DNA of 60,867 nucleotides, counting the filler, from Sluysia triapertura (taxonomy: Eukaryota), in assembly GCA_046118255.1 (NCBI GenBank). It is 5 parts of 5 records of this genome, joined end to end, with 100 filler letters (N's around TTAATTAATTAA, not from the genome) between each part and the next. Parts side by side here need not be neighbours in the genome. Positions count along the whole stretch, not along the records: positions 1 to 10,764 come from JBJNIA010193792.1; positions 10,865 to 23,067 come from JBJNIA010129627.1; 3 more parts are not named here. One strand, written 5' to 3'. Of this stretch, positions 1 to 12,211 are shown in pieces (position 1 is the stretch's first letter; each line of letters begins with the position of its first letter). The position numbers and the translations under genes were made by a program. The notes below the pieces were generated by a model. That model saw nothing but the letters and a program-made list of their open reading frames with translations, did no database searches and was not told the DNA's origin.

Positions 1-180
1 AGTTCTTTCTGTTTCAGAAATACTATGGTGAATGATATACCATAAGCGCTTTTGAGTACTTTCGCGGTAGATATGAGAGCCATATAAATTAATATATTAT
101 TATTATTATTATTAAAATAAATAATTTTAAATTAAAAATGAAAAAAAATTTGAAAAATTAAATAAATGAACATTATGCTA

Positions 181-214
<34 letters not shown>

Positions 215-3200
215 GTATGGAGATTATTATTTAAAGAATTATTACATTATTATAATTAATTTATTATTTTTATAAAACATTTAAAACTAGTTTTCTTTAA
301 AATCTAAAATATTATGTTATACTTAAAATAACGATAGTTTCTGCCTTGAATGAAAATCAATAATTTTAATTATGGTGTAAAAAATAAAATAAAACTTAAA
401 AAATAAGAACAATTTTTAATTTAAAGTAAAGAAATAATAAAATGAACTGTAATAGTCTTAGTACTTCCGAAAGGACAATTTAGAATGCCAAAAAGCATGA
501 AGAAATACCACATAAAAGCATTCAAATATAAAAAATCAAAGAAAATGAAAATAGAATAAGATTGTGAAAGAAAAGTTTAATATTCAACAGAAACATCCAC
601 AAAGGCATGCTAGTAAAATAGAAATGAAAAATGAACAGTAATATACATTAATTAGTGATCAATAAAGGTTAAATGTAAATAAATTACATGACCTTAATAT
701 AATAATAAAGAATGAACTTGGCGAAGTTGTTCAATTAACCATAAAAAATTAACTATAGAAAAGATATTGTAGAATGAAATGCAGAAAATTATTAGCCATC
801 TAATAATATTAAATAGAGGTTTTCAATGATATTGATTAGAATATTTTACACGTGAATTGAATATAAAATATTTACAAATTTATTGATTACAACATGTTTA
901 CAATAAGATAAACACTTTTGTATTTGAACGAACTGTAATATTTCAATGCTGATATAGATTAATTCGTTAATGTGAATATCATGAATAATGTAAATTATTG
1001 TAATAGTAAATATTAACTATTTTAAATATTAATTTATAATGAATATTGTAACCTGTTGTAAAAATAGAATATTTTAACAATTATTTTAAAATTAAATTGT
1101 AAATAGATAATTTTGTTTGAGTAAAATATTTTAAAATTAATTCTTAATAAGCATAAGAAAATTATTGTATTTTTATGCTTTGAAAATAGAAAACATTAAA
1201 AAAGAAAATTATAGTATTTTTATGTTTTGAACACTTTTATTCTCATTTTATTGTTTCTTGCAATTATTTTATTGCTCAATGACGGTAATAAAATTTATAA
1301 ATAAATTAAAAAAGAAAACTGAGTTCAGGCAATAATCCACATCGTATAAATGTCCTTTCAAGAAACCTAACTTGTTCTAGCAGTACTGAACAAATACCAA
1401 TATAAATTGTTATCACTCATTTACAATAATGTGTTTCCAAACGTATTATTTCAATATTCTTCAAGAATTATTCTGTACTAAATCGGTGTAATCATTAAAA
1501 TCCTTGTGTCAAAATTTTTAACTAAATCTAGTTTCAAATATTTGTACTATTTCAGCTGGCGTGTACCGCTTAGGTCATTTAACTATAAAAAATTAATACT
1601 TTAATATGTATTGGCCGTAGGGCCTTATTTCAAATAATTAAAATTATAATAATAATTTTTAAAACAGTAGTAGGCGTATTTGTAGCTATGTGAAGTATAT
1701 GATACGTAATTTACACTGCTAATTCGGATCTAGTTTAAGTGATATTTAGCTATAACTGTAAGTGTCTTAACTTGGCAGTATTCTCGAAATTTATCTGTGT
1801 GAATGTCTCTATATCAAATCTCTAATTTAAAAAATTATTCACAAATCATTTAAATAAAAAACTATACTGAAATGATATTTTTAATACATTAATCAATAAC
1901 AAAACAAAAAGCAAAAAAAGAGAATCAAAATGCAATTAGAAAGGCAGTATAATTAATAAATGTTGACAATATTAAAATACTATAATGATTTTAGAAGGAT
2001 TTTAGTCGTCATAAAATCGGGCGAAATGAGTTATAAAAAATATTTTAATATTGGAACATATTCAAACAAACCATATATAAATGAGCTTTTTTAATTTTGT
2101 GCCTTTTTTTCAACACTGTTTATTCAAAATTACATCTTTCAATGAATTTCAATATCTAAATTTAAATCTCTAAAAATTGTTTCGTTGATAACTCAGAATT
2201 TTATTGCAATGAATAAAATTTTATGATCAGTATATATACTGATTTTTGTGACCATTGGCTTTTTCGTTAGTAATTTTCTAAGACGAAAATTTGTTCTTTT
2301 TCCAAAATATTGTGGTGACTCATTACACTCATTACATTATAATACTTAAATACTTAACAATAACATTTATAACATTGATATTTTATATATTCAAATGATA
2401 CAAATTTTATTTTATGAATTTTATAGTTAATTTTATTGGAATTATAAAAAAATTATTGTAAAGAAATAATTTTATAATGTAAGAATTTTTTTATTGTTAA
2501 TTTTTTATTAATCTATTATAATGTTATTAGAATTGTATTAAGTTATTTTTAAGAAAACAAACGTCACTAATTTAATTTTTAAATTTTGTTTAAGTATTTT
2601 AATTTAATATTTTTGTTTTAGTCGGACTAAAACAAGTATATAAGTAGAATAATTTTTAACGCTAAACTCAAAATTTTTAAATATCGTCAGACAAGAATTT
2701 GTTTGTAAAAATCATAGTACAAGAAAATTTCATTTACGTTCGGTAGTTATAAAGAACTCTGACAATTTTTCTGATAAAGTGACGTTAGTTTGATATTGTT
2801 AAGGTAGGTATACTATATATCATTAGTAAAATCAACTTAAACTTTATTAATAACACTTTAGATCATATAATGATCTTAGGCAAAATCCTTTTATAAAATA
2901 TATTTGATTATAACTAACCAGAAAATAGTTAATCGACGTAAATTTTATTATTACTATTATCAATAATATTTGTTTATTGTATAACCTGTTACGAAATAAA
3001 TGATTTTTGCTTTATAATTTTTTCATTCCTGACTTACATAATTTTAAAATCTATTAAAGTTATACGTTTTAATAGTTTTCAAAAAACTAGAATTTAATTC
3101 TAGTAAGTAAAATCTTATTTACGATTCCGCGTAAAGGAATCTTACGCAAAATCTGCAACTAAATTTGATTTATTTAAATTTTTTTAATTTAAAATTTAAA

Positions 3201-3361
3201 TTATTAAGTTTTTAAAGTAGTATTACCTCCAGACAGTAAAATCTTTTTAACGCATTCTTCCAAATTTATCTTATAAAAAATCAAACGGCTGGCCCTATAG
3301 GTAAGTCCAGTAAGTTGGTGGACTCATCTTTAACTTATTCCATTTGCATACACTTTTCTCA

Positions 3362-3362
<1 letters not shown>

Positions 3363-3424
<62 letters not shown>

Positions 3425-3434
3425 CATTATTATT
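3363..3434. repeat. (ATT)n microsatellite; similar tracts at 4625-4686, 23010-23067, 33947-34013, 35615-35673, 50679-50748 and 51927-51978
   Basis: Trinucleotide runs read directly from the sequence. Confidence 0.95.
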
Positions 3435-3663
3435 AAAAAACAATTAACTACTTACAAATTAAAGTAGGATATTATTATAATCTTTATTATTATTACTATT
3501 ATTTTATGTTGGTTATACTATTATTCTTATTGTTATTAATATTGTTATTTTATTATTATTACTTTCTATTATTATTATTGTAATTATTATTATTGTTTTG
3601 TTAAATTTAATAATTATTAACTAATTAAAAAATCGATAGAGTTTTACTGTTGTTTTGAATTGT

Positions 3664-4305
3664 ATGGAAAGCACTAAAAATGAAACTTCGCCACCTTATA
3701 AGAATGATAGCTGTGAACAGTTATCAAAATTTGAAGTTATTCATGAATTAGTAAAGTTTTAAAGTTTACCAGTACGGTTATCTGATAATTTAAAGAATTT
3801 TACAGATGATTTTTGTTTAATGTACAAAATTATCGTTAAATCTGATCTATAACCAAAAACCATATTATCTATGAATGATTTAACATCATTAGATAAATAT
3901 AAAAGTAATCTTAAAGATGAGATTATCTTTGTTAGATGTCAAATATTGTTATTTATGTTTCAACCTGATATAAAGTTCTATATTGTATTTGCTAAAGGAG
4001 CAGTTGAATCAAATAAAGTTCAATGCACTAACTTTGTTAACTACGAATTGAAGTTAACGAGAAATATCGTAAAAATGAAACGAAAAATCAAATTTTACAA
4101 TAAAATTAAATGTTATTCCTGAACAACAGTTTAAAGATAATTTAATTAATAAAAATTGTCCGAAAAGTGATTCTGAACCGATCGAAAATAACGTTAGATC
4201 AACAATAATCTTATTAATTATATTTTTTGTTAATATAATGTTCATTTTAAATTTAATTGTATTGTTAAAATTAAAGTTTAGGTGTTTTATAAAGGCCAAA
4301 GCCTA
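3664..4305 (+). pseudogene. Disrupted orphan ORF with C-terminal hydrophobic segment, probably inside a CPT1 intron
   Basis: ATG 3664 is in frame with the 3871-4122 ORF through two TAA codons. After a frameshift near 4115 it continues IPEQQFKDNL...RSTIILLIIFFVNIMFILNLIVLLKLKFRCFIKAKA*. Confidence 0.4.
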
Positions 4306-4624
4306 AAAATATTATTCTAAAAGTTATTTTTTTTTAAATTATTTTAAAGAATAAGTAGAATCTTTTTAACTTTAAAGAGAAAATAATATTTTATAACGTT
4401 AATAAAATCCTTGAAAGCATAAAGCCCTCCAGACTCACTATTGCTTATCATCCTATTATGTGGTCAATTTGGTGATATAGTTATCAATTTTTATTATTAT
4501 AATTCACGAACATATTCATATTCATGTAATTATTTCATCGCATTTTTATTTTTATTTTAAGATTACTGAGATGTTTTTAGTTTTACTGTTTTGTAATTTT
4601 ATAACATTATAATTTATAATGTTA

Positions 4625-4672
<48 letters not shown>

Positions 4673-4695
4673 CATTATTATTATTATTTATTCAG

Positions 4696-7600
4696 TTGAA
4701 AGAAAGCATAGGAGACATACTGAAAGACTTCAATATGAACAAGGATGACTTGGATCTGTACATACTAGTATTTGATTCATTTGGTAAAGGTGCCATGAAG
4801 CGTGTCAAGGTATCTCCAGATGGCTTTGTGCAGATGGCATTCCAGTACACGTATTATCGAGTAATGTTTATTTTTAACTTATAAATTTCCACTAAAACAA
4901 CATTGTCAAGGAGCACAATCATGCACACGTCTTGTTTCCAGTTATATAATGCTTGGCCGTGAATGGTATAAGAAGTTTAGACGAAATTAGTAGTTCCATT
5001 AAGTTAATAGTAGAGCTTTCTTCGTTACCTTTTCAATAAATGAAGGACTGGGAATGGAACATGAGAAGAAGGATGTAAGATGAGGAAACATGATTGACAG
5101 TTGGTTGAAATATATCCCACATCGTCGCATCACTAAGTTTTTATCCCCAGAATCGCCGCAATACTTGATTAAATTACTATCGAAAATCAGGATTAATATT
5201 AGAATATGCAGTAGATGAACATGAACTTTGAAAATGTGAACATGAACAATTTTGACTGAAGTAAAACCGCATCTTGACAATGTAAATCTAATAGATGAAA
5301 CAGACACGCAATAATAGGACAAGTAGTTGGTAGAAAGTGAATTTTAGTTAAAACTAATTAACTACATCGATCGCAGATTTATAATCCTTATTTAACACAT
5401 GATAAAACTCTGATTAAAATAACAGAACAGGTTTGCTGTTATACTATGAATTATTCCATATAACTCTTGATGATCGACCCTTCTATTTTAGATGTACAAA
5501 ACTTTCTGTCTGACGTATGAGGCCTGTATGACGCGATTGTTCATAAAAGGACGGACTGAAACCGTTAGAAGCTGTTCAAATGCTTCCAAAGCATTTGTAC
5601 TGGCTGTTATGGATCCCAGTGTTGATGTTAGTGTTTGTACAATATTTAAAGTTATCAAATTTACCATAGAACTGCAAATGGGCATCAATTTATAGAGAAA
5701 AAGGTTGATGTACTTTGTGTATCTTCATGAAATAAGAAATTATACACGATGTTATTCAATGACATCTTCTGTGAGCATGCGGATGGAATTTTTTGAAACT
5801 AGGCAGATACCATCGTTGTGGTTTCCTCTAAACTTACATAACATAAAATAATTTCAAAAATTTAATGAGTTCGCCTGTAGTCCAGGACTTACTCAGCAAG
5901 GGCTTATCTACAATATTTTTGAATAATATAAAATAATAGTTAACGAAGTCACCTAATCAATTTATTACTACTTTCTAACTAGTCGCTTGCTACAGTTATT
6001 AATGCTTATAATTTATTTATAGTTTATTTTAAGTCCTTATTTAAAATAAAACTCGAAAGATATATTTTAGAGGTTTGTTTAAAATAACCTTTTCAAAAAC
6101 GAATATGTAGTACTGATTTTGCTATGTTAAAATAAATCAATAACCAAAAATGAGTAATTACAAGTTTATAGGTGCGTAATAAATAATTTACTAGATTAAA
6201 GTTTCAAAAAACTTAATTGCTAAGTTATTAATTTAAAATTAGTTTAATGACGTGCTTAAAGTACTCATGAAAAGAAGAATTAAAATGTAAATGAATTAAT
6301 TTTTAGAAATTAATGACTTAGAATCATTTGGATTATGAATTGTTCTGAAAATTGTCTCTTCAATTTAAAGACGTGATAGTCAACACGATGCTTGATGGTA
6401 ATGAAGACACTTCCATAGAATACGTACAATTCTTTTCATCTATCCCAATGAAATCTTCAATGTCATTTTCAGCTGGCACATCTTCAGGTAATGTTTCGCA
6501 GCAATACCTCTTGATGAAATAATATTGTCCTCGCATTGAAATTCTAAAAACGGAATCTGTATAAGGTCGTTTGGCATTGTTTTTCGTCGTGTTATATTTG
6601 ACGCTTTGAATTGATCGAGCTAATTTAGCCTCATTTTTCGAAGTAATACAAATAATAACCAATAAATTAATGTGTTCAAGGTCAAAAATTGAAATAAATA
6701 AACTGTGATAAAAAAATAATAAATTTTATTATGATTATCAAAAAATTTAAAATCCACGTTCAAATCGGAGATGCTTTGCTTAATATTTATACAATATGAT
6801 GAAATCCATCATTACAATAATAAAAATTATAATTATACAATAATAATCTATTATAATCTTTATAGAAAGCCTGGTAAGTGATAACATGAAAAAATCGGAA
6901 AGTGCATCCTATAAAGGATTCTCGTTTCAAAAATTAAAATGAATTTTATGAATATGGAAGAACATCAACCGCCAAACGGAACACATCAACAAAAGGAGAT
7001 CTCAAATTCTTCCTTATCTTTATTAAAGTTCTATTTTCAGTGCTACTACTTACCTCGATTCAATTCAAAACAAATTAATTCAGATAATCAATGTCATCCA
7101 AATTTAAATATCGAAATTTCGAAATATTCAAACATTAGGTATTAATGATCCAAAACTTCCGTTCAGTTATCTTAACATATCATAAACGTCTAAACATGAT
7201 CTATGTAAAGAATTTAAAACCAGGAGCAACCAGAATTTCTGCAAGAAATTCTGAAAGAGCTTTTTGAAATACTTGAAATAATCGATATCAACTGGTCGTT
7301 TACAACTGTTTTATATTGCATACCGACAGGAAAATAAGATTGCCTCGTTGGGCTGCCATTACAATCGTCGAGAATCATGTAAAGTACTACCACAATCTTC
7401 TAAAAAAAGAATATTCATTTCTAAAAATAGAAAAGAAGTTTCTAGATTCCTATTGGCTATTACTGCTCTATGAACATGAAAAGCTCAGAAAATGTATTTA
7501 ATAAATTTAAATCAGTATAAACTCTACGTAAACTATTATTTTTAAATTTTCAAAAGACCTTTAAGAACGATAAAATCATTATAAAATCAATTGTAGATAA

Positions 7601-8826
7601 TTTAGAGTTTACATCACTTTAAATTGTAATAATAATATTATTATTATTAATATTAGTATTATTATTATTATTTATCAACTTTTAACATAGTTAAAATTGC
7701 ATTCGTATAATTTGTTTAGTATATATAATACATACTAATTTTATAAATCATTTTAAAGTGACATAAAACCATGTAAAATGATTTTAATACGCGTACCATT
7801 TTTGCATATCCAAAATGTCAAAACTAAATTATGTGTAGTTTTAAATTCGAAAAATAAGTTGTCTTTAAATACGGTGATAAAATAATTGTTTAAATCCTTT
7901 TTAAGTATGATTACAAAATCAACAATAATTAAACCTCAAATATGTACGAGGACAGAAAGTTAACGAGTTTTATTAAACTCAAATCAAACCTAAGATCCAG
8001 TTAAGTTATAAGTGAAACTTAATCACTCGGACTTCAGTTTAAGATAGAGCATCATGATAACAAAGTAATAGTTTTCTTACGCATCAGTTTACTAGCACTT
8101 CCACGACTTTATCTTTAAAATCCTGTGGACGAGCTCTTAAGTTTCGTCCTGGTGGTTGATTCATGGGTAGATTTTCTATGGGATTCATGTATGGAGAGTT
8201 TCCAGGCCATAGAGAAACAAATTTTTCTGTTTTTGTCTAATAATTTGGCCACCACGGTATTTTTAATTTAATTTTTTAAGAACCAAACCAAGGTTAACCT
8301 ATTTCGGAAGGCCGTCAACAATCATCAGAATTTGTACAGAGACGCCATGACCGGCAAGGGTGTCGACAGACACTTGTTCGCTCTTTATGTCTCTTCAATG
8401 ATCCTCGGCTACCAGGATCCGTTTCTGAAATATGTGATTTCACAGCCATGGAGACTGAGCACTTCGCAGACCACCCAAAGTTACAGTGGACTTCTCGATC
8501 TGAAGTAAGACCAATTTTTAATGGAAATTAACTGCAAATGCTTTCAGTAAATATCCCAATTTTCTCTGTTTCGGCGGTGGATTTGGTCCAGTTACAAACG
8601 AAGGTTATGGAATCAGTTATATATTTGCCGGAGAAGATAAAATTTTCTTTCACATTTCTTCCAAATTCAGTTGTTCGACTACTGTTTGTTTAATTTAATT
8701 TAATTTATATTATTTTTGTTTCATATTACTTACTCATTATAATAAGTAATTTAGAGTTCGGAAAAATTCGCTTTTGAACTGAAAAAATCGATGATAAATA
8801 TTTTACATTTATTTAAAGCCATTTGA
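4696..8826 (+). CDS. CPT1: Carnitine O-palmitoyltransferase 1-like, last five exons (4696-4860, 5492-5626, 8281-8504, 8548-8683, 8755-8826); 5' exons not found in window
   Basis: Spliced translation gives choline/carnitine acyltransferase C-terminal motifs [77 protein letters not shown] and FHISSK. All junctions are GT-AG with consistent phase; ends at TGA 8824-8826. Confidence 0.93.
6360..6700 (-). CDS. Hypothetical ~100-115 aa ORF antisense in a CPT1 intron
   Basis: Uninterrupted frame of more than 300 nt with protein-like composition in AT-rich DNA; no recognised motif. Confidence 0.3.
8080..8260 (-). mobile_element. Tc1-like transposase remnant
   Basis: Minus frame [17 protein letters not shown] matches the Tc1 WP.NSPDLNPIENLW motif. 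Confidence 0.7.
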
Positions 8827-9011
8827 CGATGAAAGAAAGTATGACTAAATATTGTTTTGTAATTGGTGATTGTGATGGTGATAACAATAATATTAATTTT
8901 AATGACAATGTTAATGTAAGGTAGGTATGTATCACTTTTTATTTGTTTATTGTTTGTCCAATAAAAGCATGGTATTGGTCTTTTTCTTATTCTTTATATA
9001 ATATTCAAAAA

Positions 9012-9450
9012 CAGGTGATTGAAAAGTAACTCCCCATTTTAAAACATATTTTAAATGTTTAATAAATGAGAAAATAAATATTGCATGGACTTTATTTAAA
9101 ATTCAATATAGGCACATCATTCGCCACCAGTTTCTCAAGTCGACCAAGAATTCCATCAAGTTCTTCCATATTTCTTGGTTTGCTTGAGTAGACTTGCTCA
9201 TGGTGTTAAGTCTGGACTTATGGCTGTCCATTCGTGCGAATAACGATGACCCATCTATCTTTCAGGAAATTTATCATTCAGCCATTCACAAACAGTGATA
9301 GCTAAGTGTGAAGGAGTTCCATCTTGCATGAATATCAAATCTTCACTGATATTTGACTAAACTTCATCTCTTAACATAGTGAGGTACCTTTCGGCATTCA
9401 TAGTATCACGAAGGGTAGCGAGACCCACAATTCCATCCGAAGTCATCGTT
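9012..9450 (-). mobile_element. Tc1/mariner (Tc3/maT-like) transposase remnant with one TIR-like end
   Basis: Minus frames TMNAERYLTMLRDEV, LIFMQDGTPSHLAITVCEWLNDKFPER and HEWTAISPDLTP; caggtgattgaaaagtaac TIR-like end at ~9012. Confidence 0.8.
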
Positions 9451-9764
9451 ACTTTAGGTCGACTCTACATTTTTCACAGGTGGCAGTTTTGACGGTTCAC
9501 AAACCTTACTTGGAATACAGCTTTATTTTGAAATTTCAAACAAATTAATTAAAATAAATTCACAAAAGAAAACGAGAGCATATATTAAATTGTCATACAT
9601 TGTCATTATGGATTAGATGGTTCTGATTAGTTGAATGTTTAGAGTGTTCTGGTTGGTTAGAGAGTATTAATTAATTCCTCCTAATCGCCACTTTTGGGAA
9701 TTGGAAAAATGTGGCATTTAAGAGGAGAAAAATAATAAGGAAGAAAAATCAAATAGGTATTTTA

Positions 9765-10255
9765 TTTTTTGTCATCCAATTGTCTAGTGTGCAAATATTT
9801 TTATTCTTCAAGACTTCTGAGACTTTTGATTCAGTCCTTCAATAGCTTTAAAATCAAACATGTTGGTCTGGCCGAAGTATTTTTTATTAGTTGAATAGTA
9901 TAATAACATCCCTTTCTGGAAACACAACGTTATGAAACGTCCTTATTTGATGATTCTTTTTCATCAACATCTAACTATTTGAACTCCAGTATTTTCTTTA
10001 AGATGTTTACTCTCCAATTCAAATTCTTCTAAAATTACATCGTCTTCTCAGTAAAACCTAAATTCATAAATTCATATTCACCAAGAGGATCAAGTATCCA
10101 GGCCTTAGAAACAAATTCATTGAAATTATCAACAAATTCTATTGGTAAATTCACACAATTTTCCTTATTGGTCCATTTAGCATGACTAAAACAATTCAAA
10201 GTTTGTTGAAGTTGTTATTTCATTCCAAGCAAGTGTTAGAAAAACAATTGCATCC
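9765..10255 (-). mobile_element. pogo/Tigger-type transposase C-terminal remnant
   Basis: Minus frame DAIVFLTLAWNEITTST..NCFSHAKW resembles the Tigger DAI...AW.EV...TI.NCF.KAG motif. It is followed by an acidic stretch and a terminal TLDNWM. Confidence 0.6.
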
Positions 10256-11142
10256 TATAAAGTTAATTTTTAAAAAAATGTGGCGGTTAACAGGACTAGT
10301 AGCTAAGAGGAGTTTTCTATTATAATCTTTAAACCTCCTAAAAATACTAAAAATCAACAGTCAATATCATCTAATATGACCAAATTGGGTTATGCGAGCC
10401 ATTCGTATTGTTGTGTCTTTTATTACTTTTATTTTCCCAGATTATCAAATTAGAACTCAACAACTAAATAAACTAAAAATCTCGATATATTCGTTATATT
10501 ATCACAAAACTACAACTAGAATATATATAAATTATGACAATACAAAATATTCTTTATAAAAAGGTAAAATATTCTTTAAAGACAAATTATATCCAGGGGT
10601 GACACAACTTCTTTAAACTTTAGCACACGTATCAATGCAAAATATAAACCGTAAGAAATACATCACTAACCTTTGTCCTAAAAAGAGAATGGATTATTTT
10701 AATCAATTGCTAAAGAAATAACTTTGGTTTCACCGTTATCCACTGATGAACCAAAGCAGCTTCCNNNNNNNNNNNNNNNNNNNNNNNNNNNNNNNNNNNN
10801 NNNNNNNNTTAATTAATTAANNNNNNNNNNNNNNNNNNNNNNNNNNNNNNNNNNNNNNNNNNNNTGCGTCGTCAAAATCTTGCAAGTAATTGGTCTTTAA
10901 AACCAATGTTTTCATTGAAGTTGTAGTTAAAATTGAATGTGACAATGATTTTTATGGGCAAACCTGTTGGTTTAATTGTTATAATAATCCACGAATAGAT
11001 TCGATCGAGAATTTCTATATATATTCATCATTTTTTATTATATATTTTATCTGAATGAATATTTTAAGAAACTTTTTAAAGCTTGATTTAAGCATTTTTC
11101 GTTTTTATTGCACTGTAATTGAAAAAACTATTTACAAATTAG

Positions 11143-12211
11143 TAAAAATGACTTAGATATACTGTTTAAACCACAAGTTAAAAACGAGTTTTATGATTTA
11201 TTGAATTTATTTCAAGACAGTAAATTTATTTTAAGAAAACATACGAAATCTGTTTGGGATAATTTAAGTTATGCTAATACGCATAAACCGGCTGTGAGGT
11301 ACTTGTTTTACGGTGACAAAGGTTGTGGGAAATCCGTTCAAATGGCTCAATGTTCACTGGTACCATTTAATGAAAAAAATTGGATGATTATATTTATGCC
11401 GTCCTTATATGAAATGTTAAATTTCAGTCCAGAACTGGAAGTTAATCAAACGAATAATCTTTTTGACACACCAACAGTGTCTGTAAATTTCCTTAAAACA
11501 TTTTTATCAATAAATCAGCATTTTATTGAAAAAATGAAGCTTGTAATTCAACAAAAAATAGTCTGGAATGACAAAGAATATTTAAACTCTGGTTCTGATT
11601 TAAAAAGTATGATTGAATTTGGAATAAATCGAAAAGTATATTCATCTATTTGCATTAAATATCTATTAGAAGAAGTAATAACTTTTGTGTAATAATTTAT
11701 CTTGAAGGCAAAAATAAATTCAACTTGCGGAACATACAAAGTTCTGTTTATTGTTAAAGGTTTACAATCCTTGTATATGAAAAGTAGGCGTTATGAATTC
11801 AGAACAAATACTCCATATGATTCTATGAAATTTAGTGTTTTACGTTATTTTTATGACGCTATAACAGATCGTTCATGGATTAATTCTGGTTTTCTTTTAT
11901 CATTAAATCCAGAGTTTAACTTTGAAAAACCTGATTCATTTATTTGTAATCCGAAGTAATACGTTTTTATGAATATATTAAATTATAGAGAAATGTTGGG
12001 AGCTAAAGGTTTCCAAGATTTAACTCCATTTTTACCAATTCACGTTCAACCTTTTGAAGAATCGGAGGTGGATAGTTATCTTAAATTTCTAAGAATAAAT
12101 AAGTGGATGAAGCGTACTGAAAATATTCCAGAAGAAAAAGTATTATGTCAACTGTTTCATTTATCAAGCGGAAATCCTGCAGAATTGTTTGAATTAACTA
12201 AAGAATGGTAG
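11143..12211 (+). CDS. DAP3: Mitochondrial ribosomal protein S29 / death-associated protein 3 (5' end not resolved; introns 11675-11707 and 11956-11988)
   Basis: P-loop RYLFYGDKGCGKS, FDTPTVSVNFLKTF, LG.KGFQDLTPFLPIHV..F...EV and terminal LSSGNP.EL are typical of DAP3. Two 33-nt GT-AG introns join three same-frame ORFs; ends at TAG 12209-12211. Confidence 0.9.

Noticed and set aside
6890-7501. Fragmented frames that might be a retroelement remnant (similar at 36600-37130, 43780-44150 and 55470-56120)
   Set aside because: Too degenerate; no diagnostic motif could be named with confidence.
10809-10820. TTAATTAATTAA palindrome inside N-runs (also 23112-23123, 37578-37589, 48476-48487)
   Set aside because: Identical six-frame-stop linker centred in 100-nt gaps; a scaffolding artefact. 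Adjacency across these gaps is uncertain.
11201-12211. Three same-frame ORFs separated by TAA, suggesting stop-codon readthrough in DAP3
   Set aside because: Fully explained by two 33-nt GT-AG introns.
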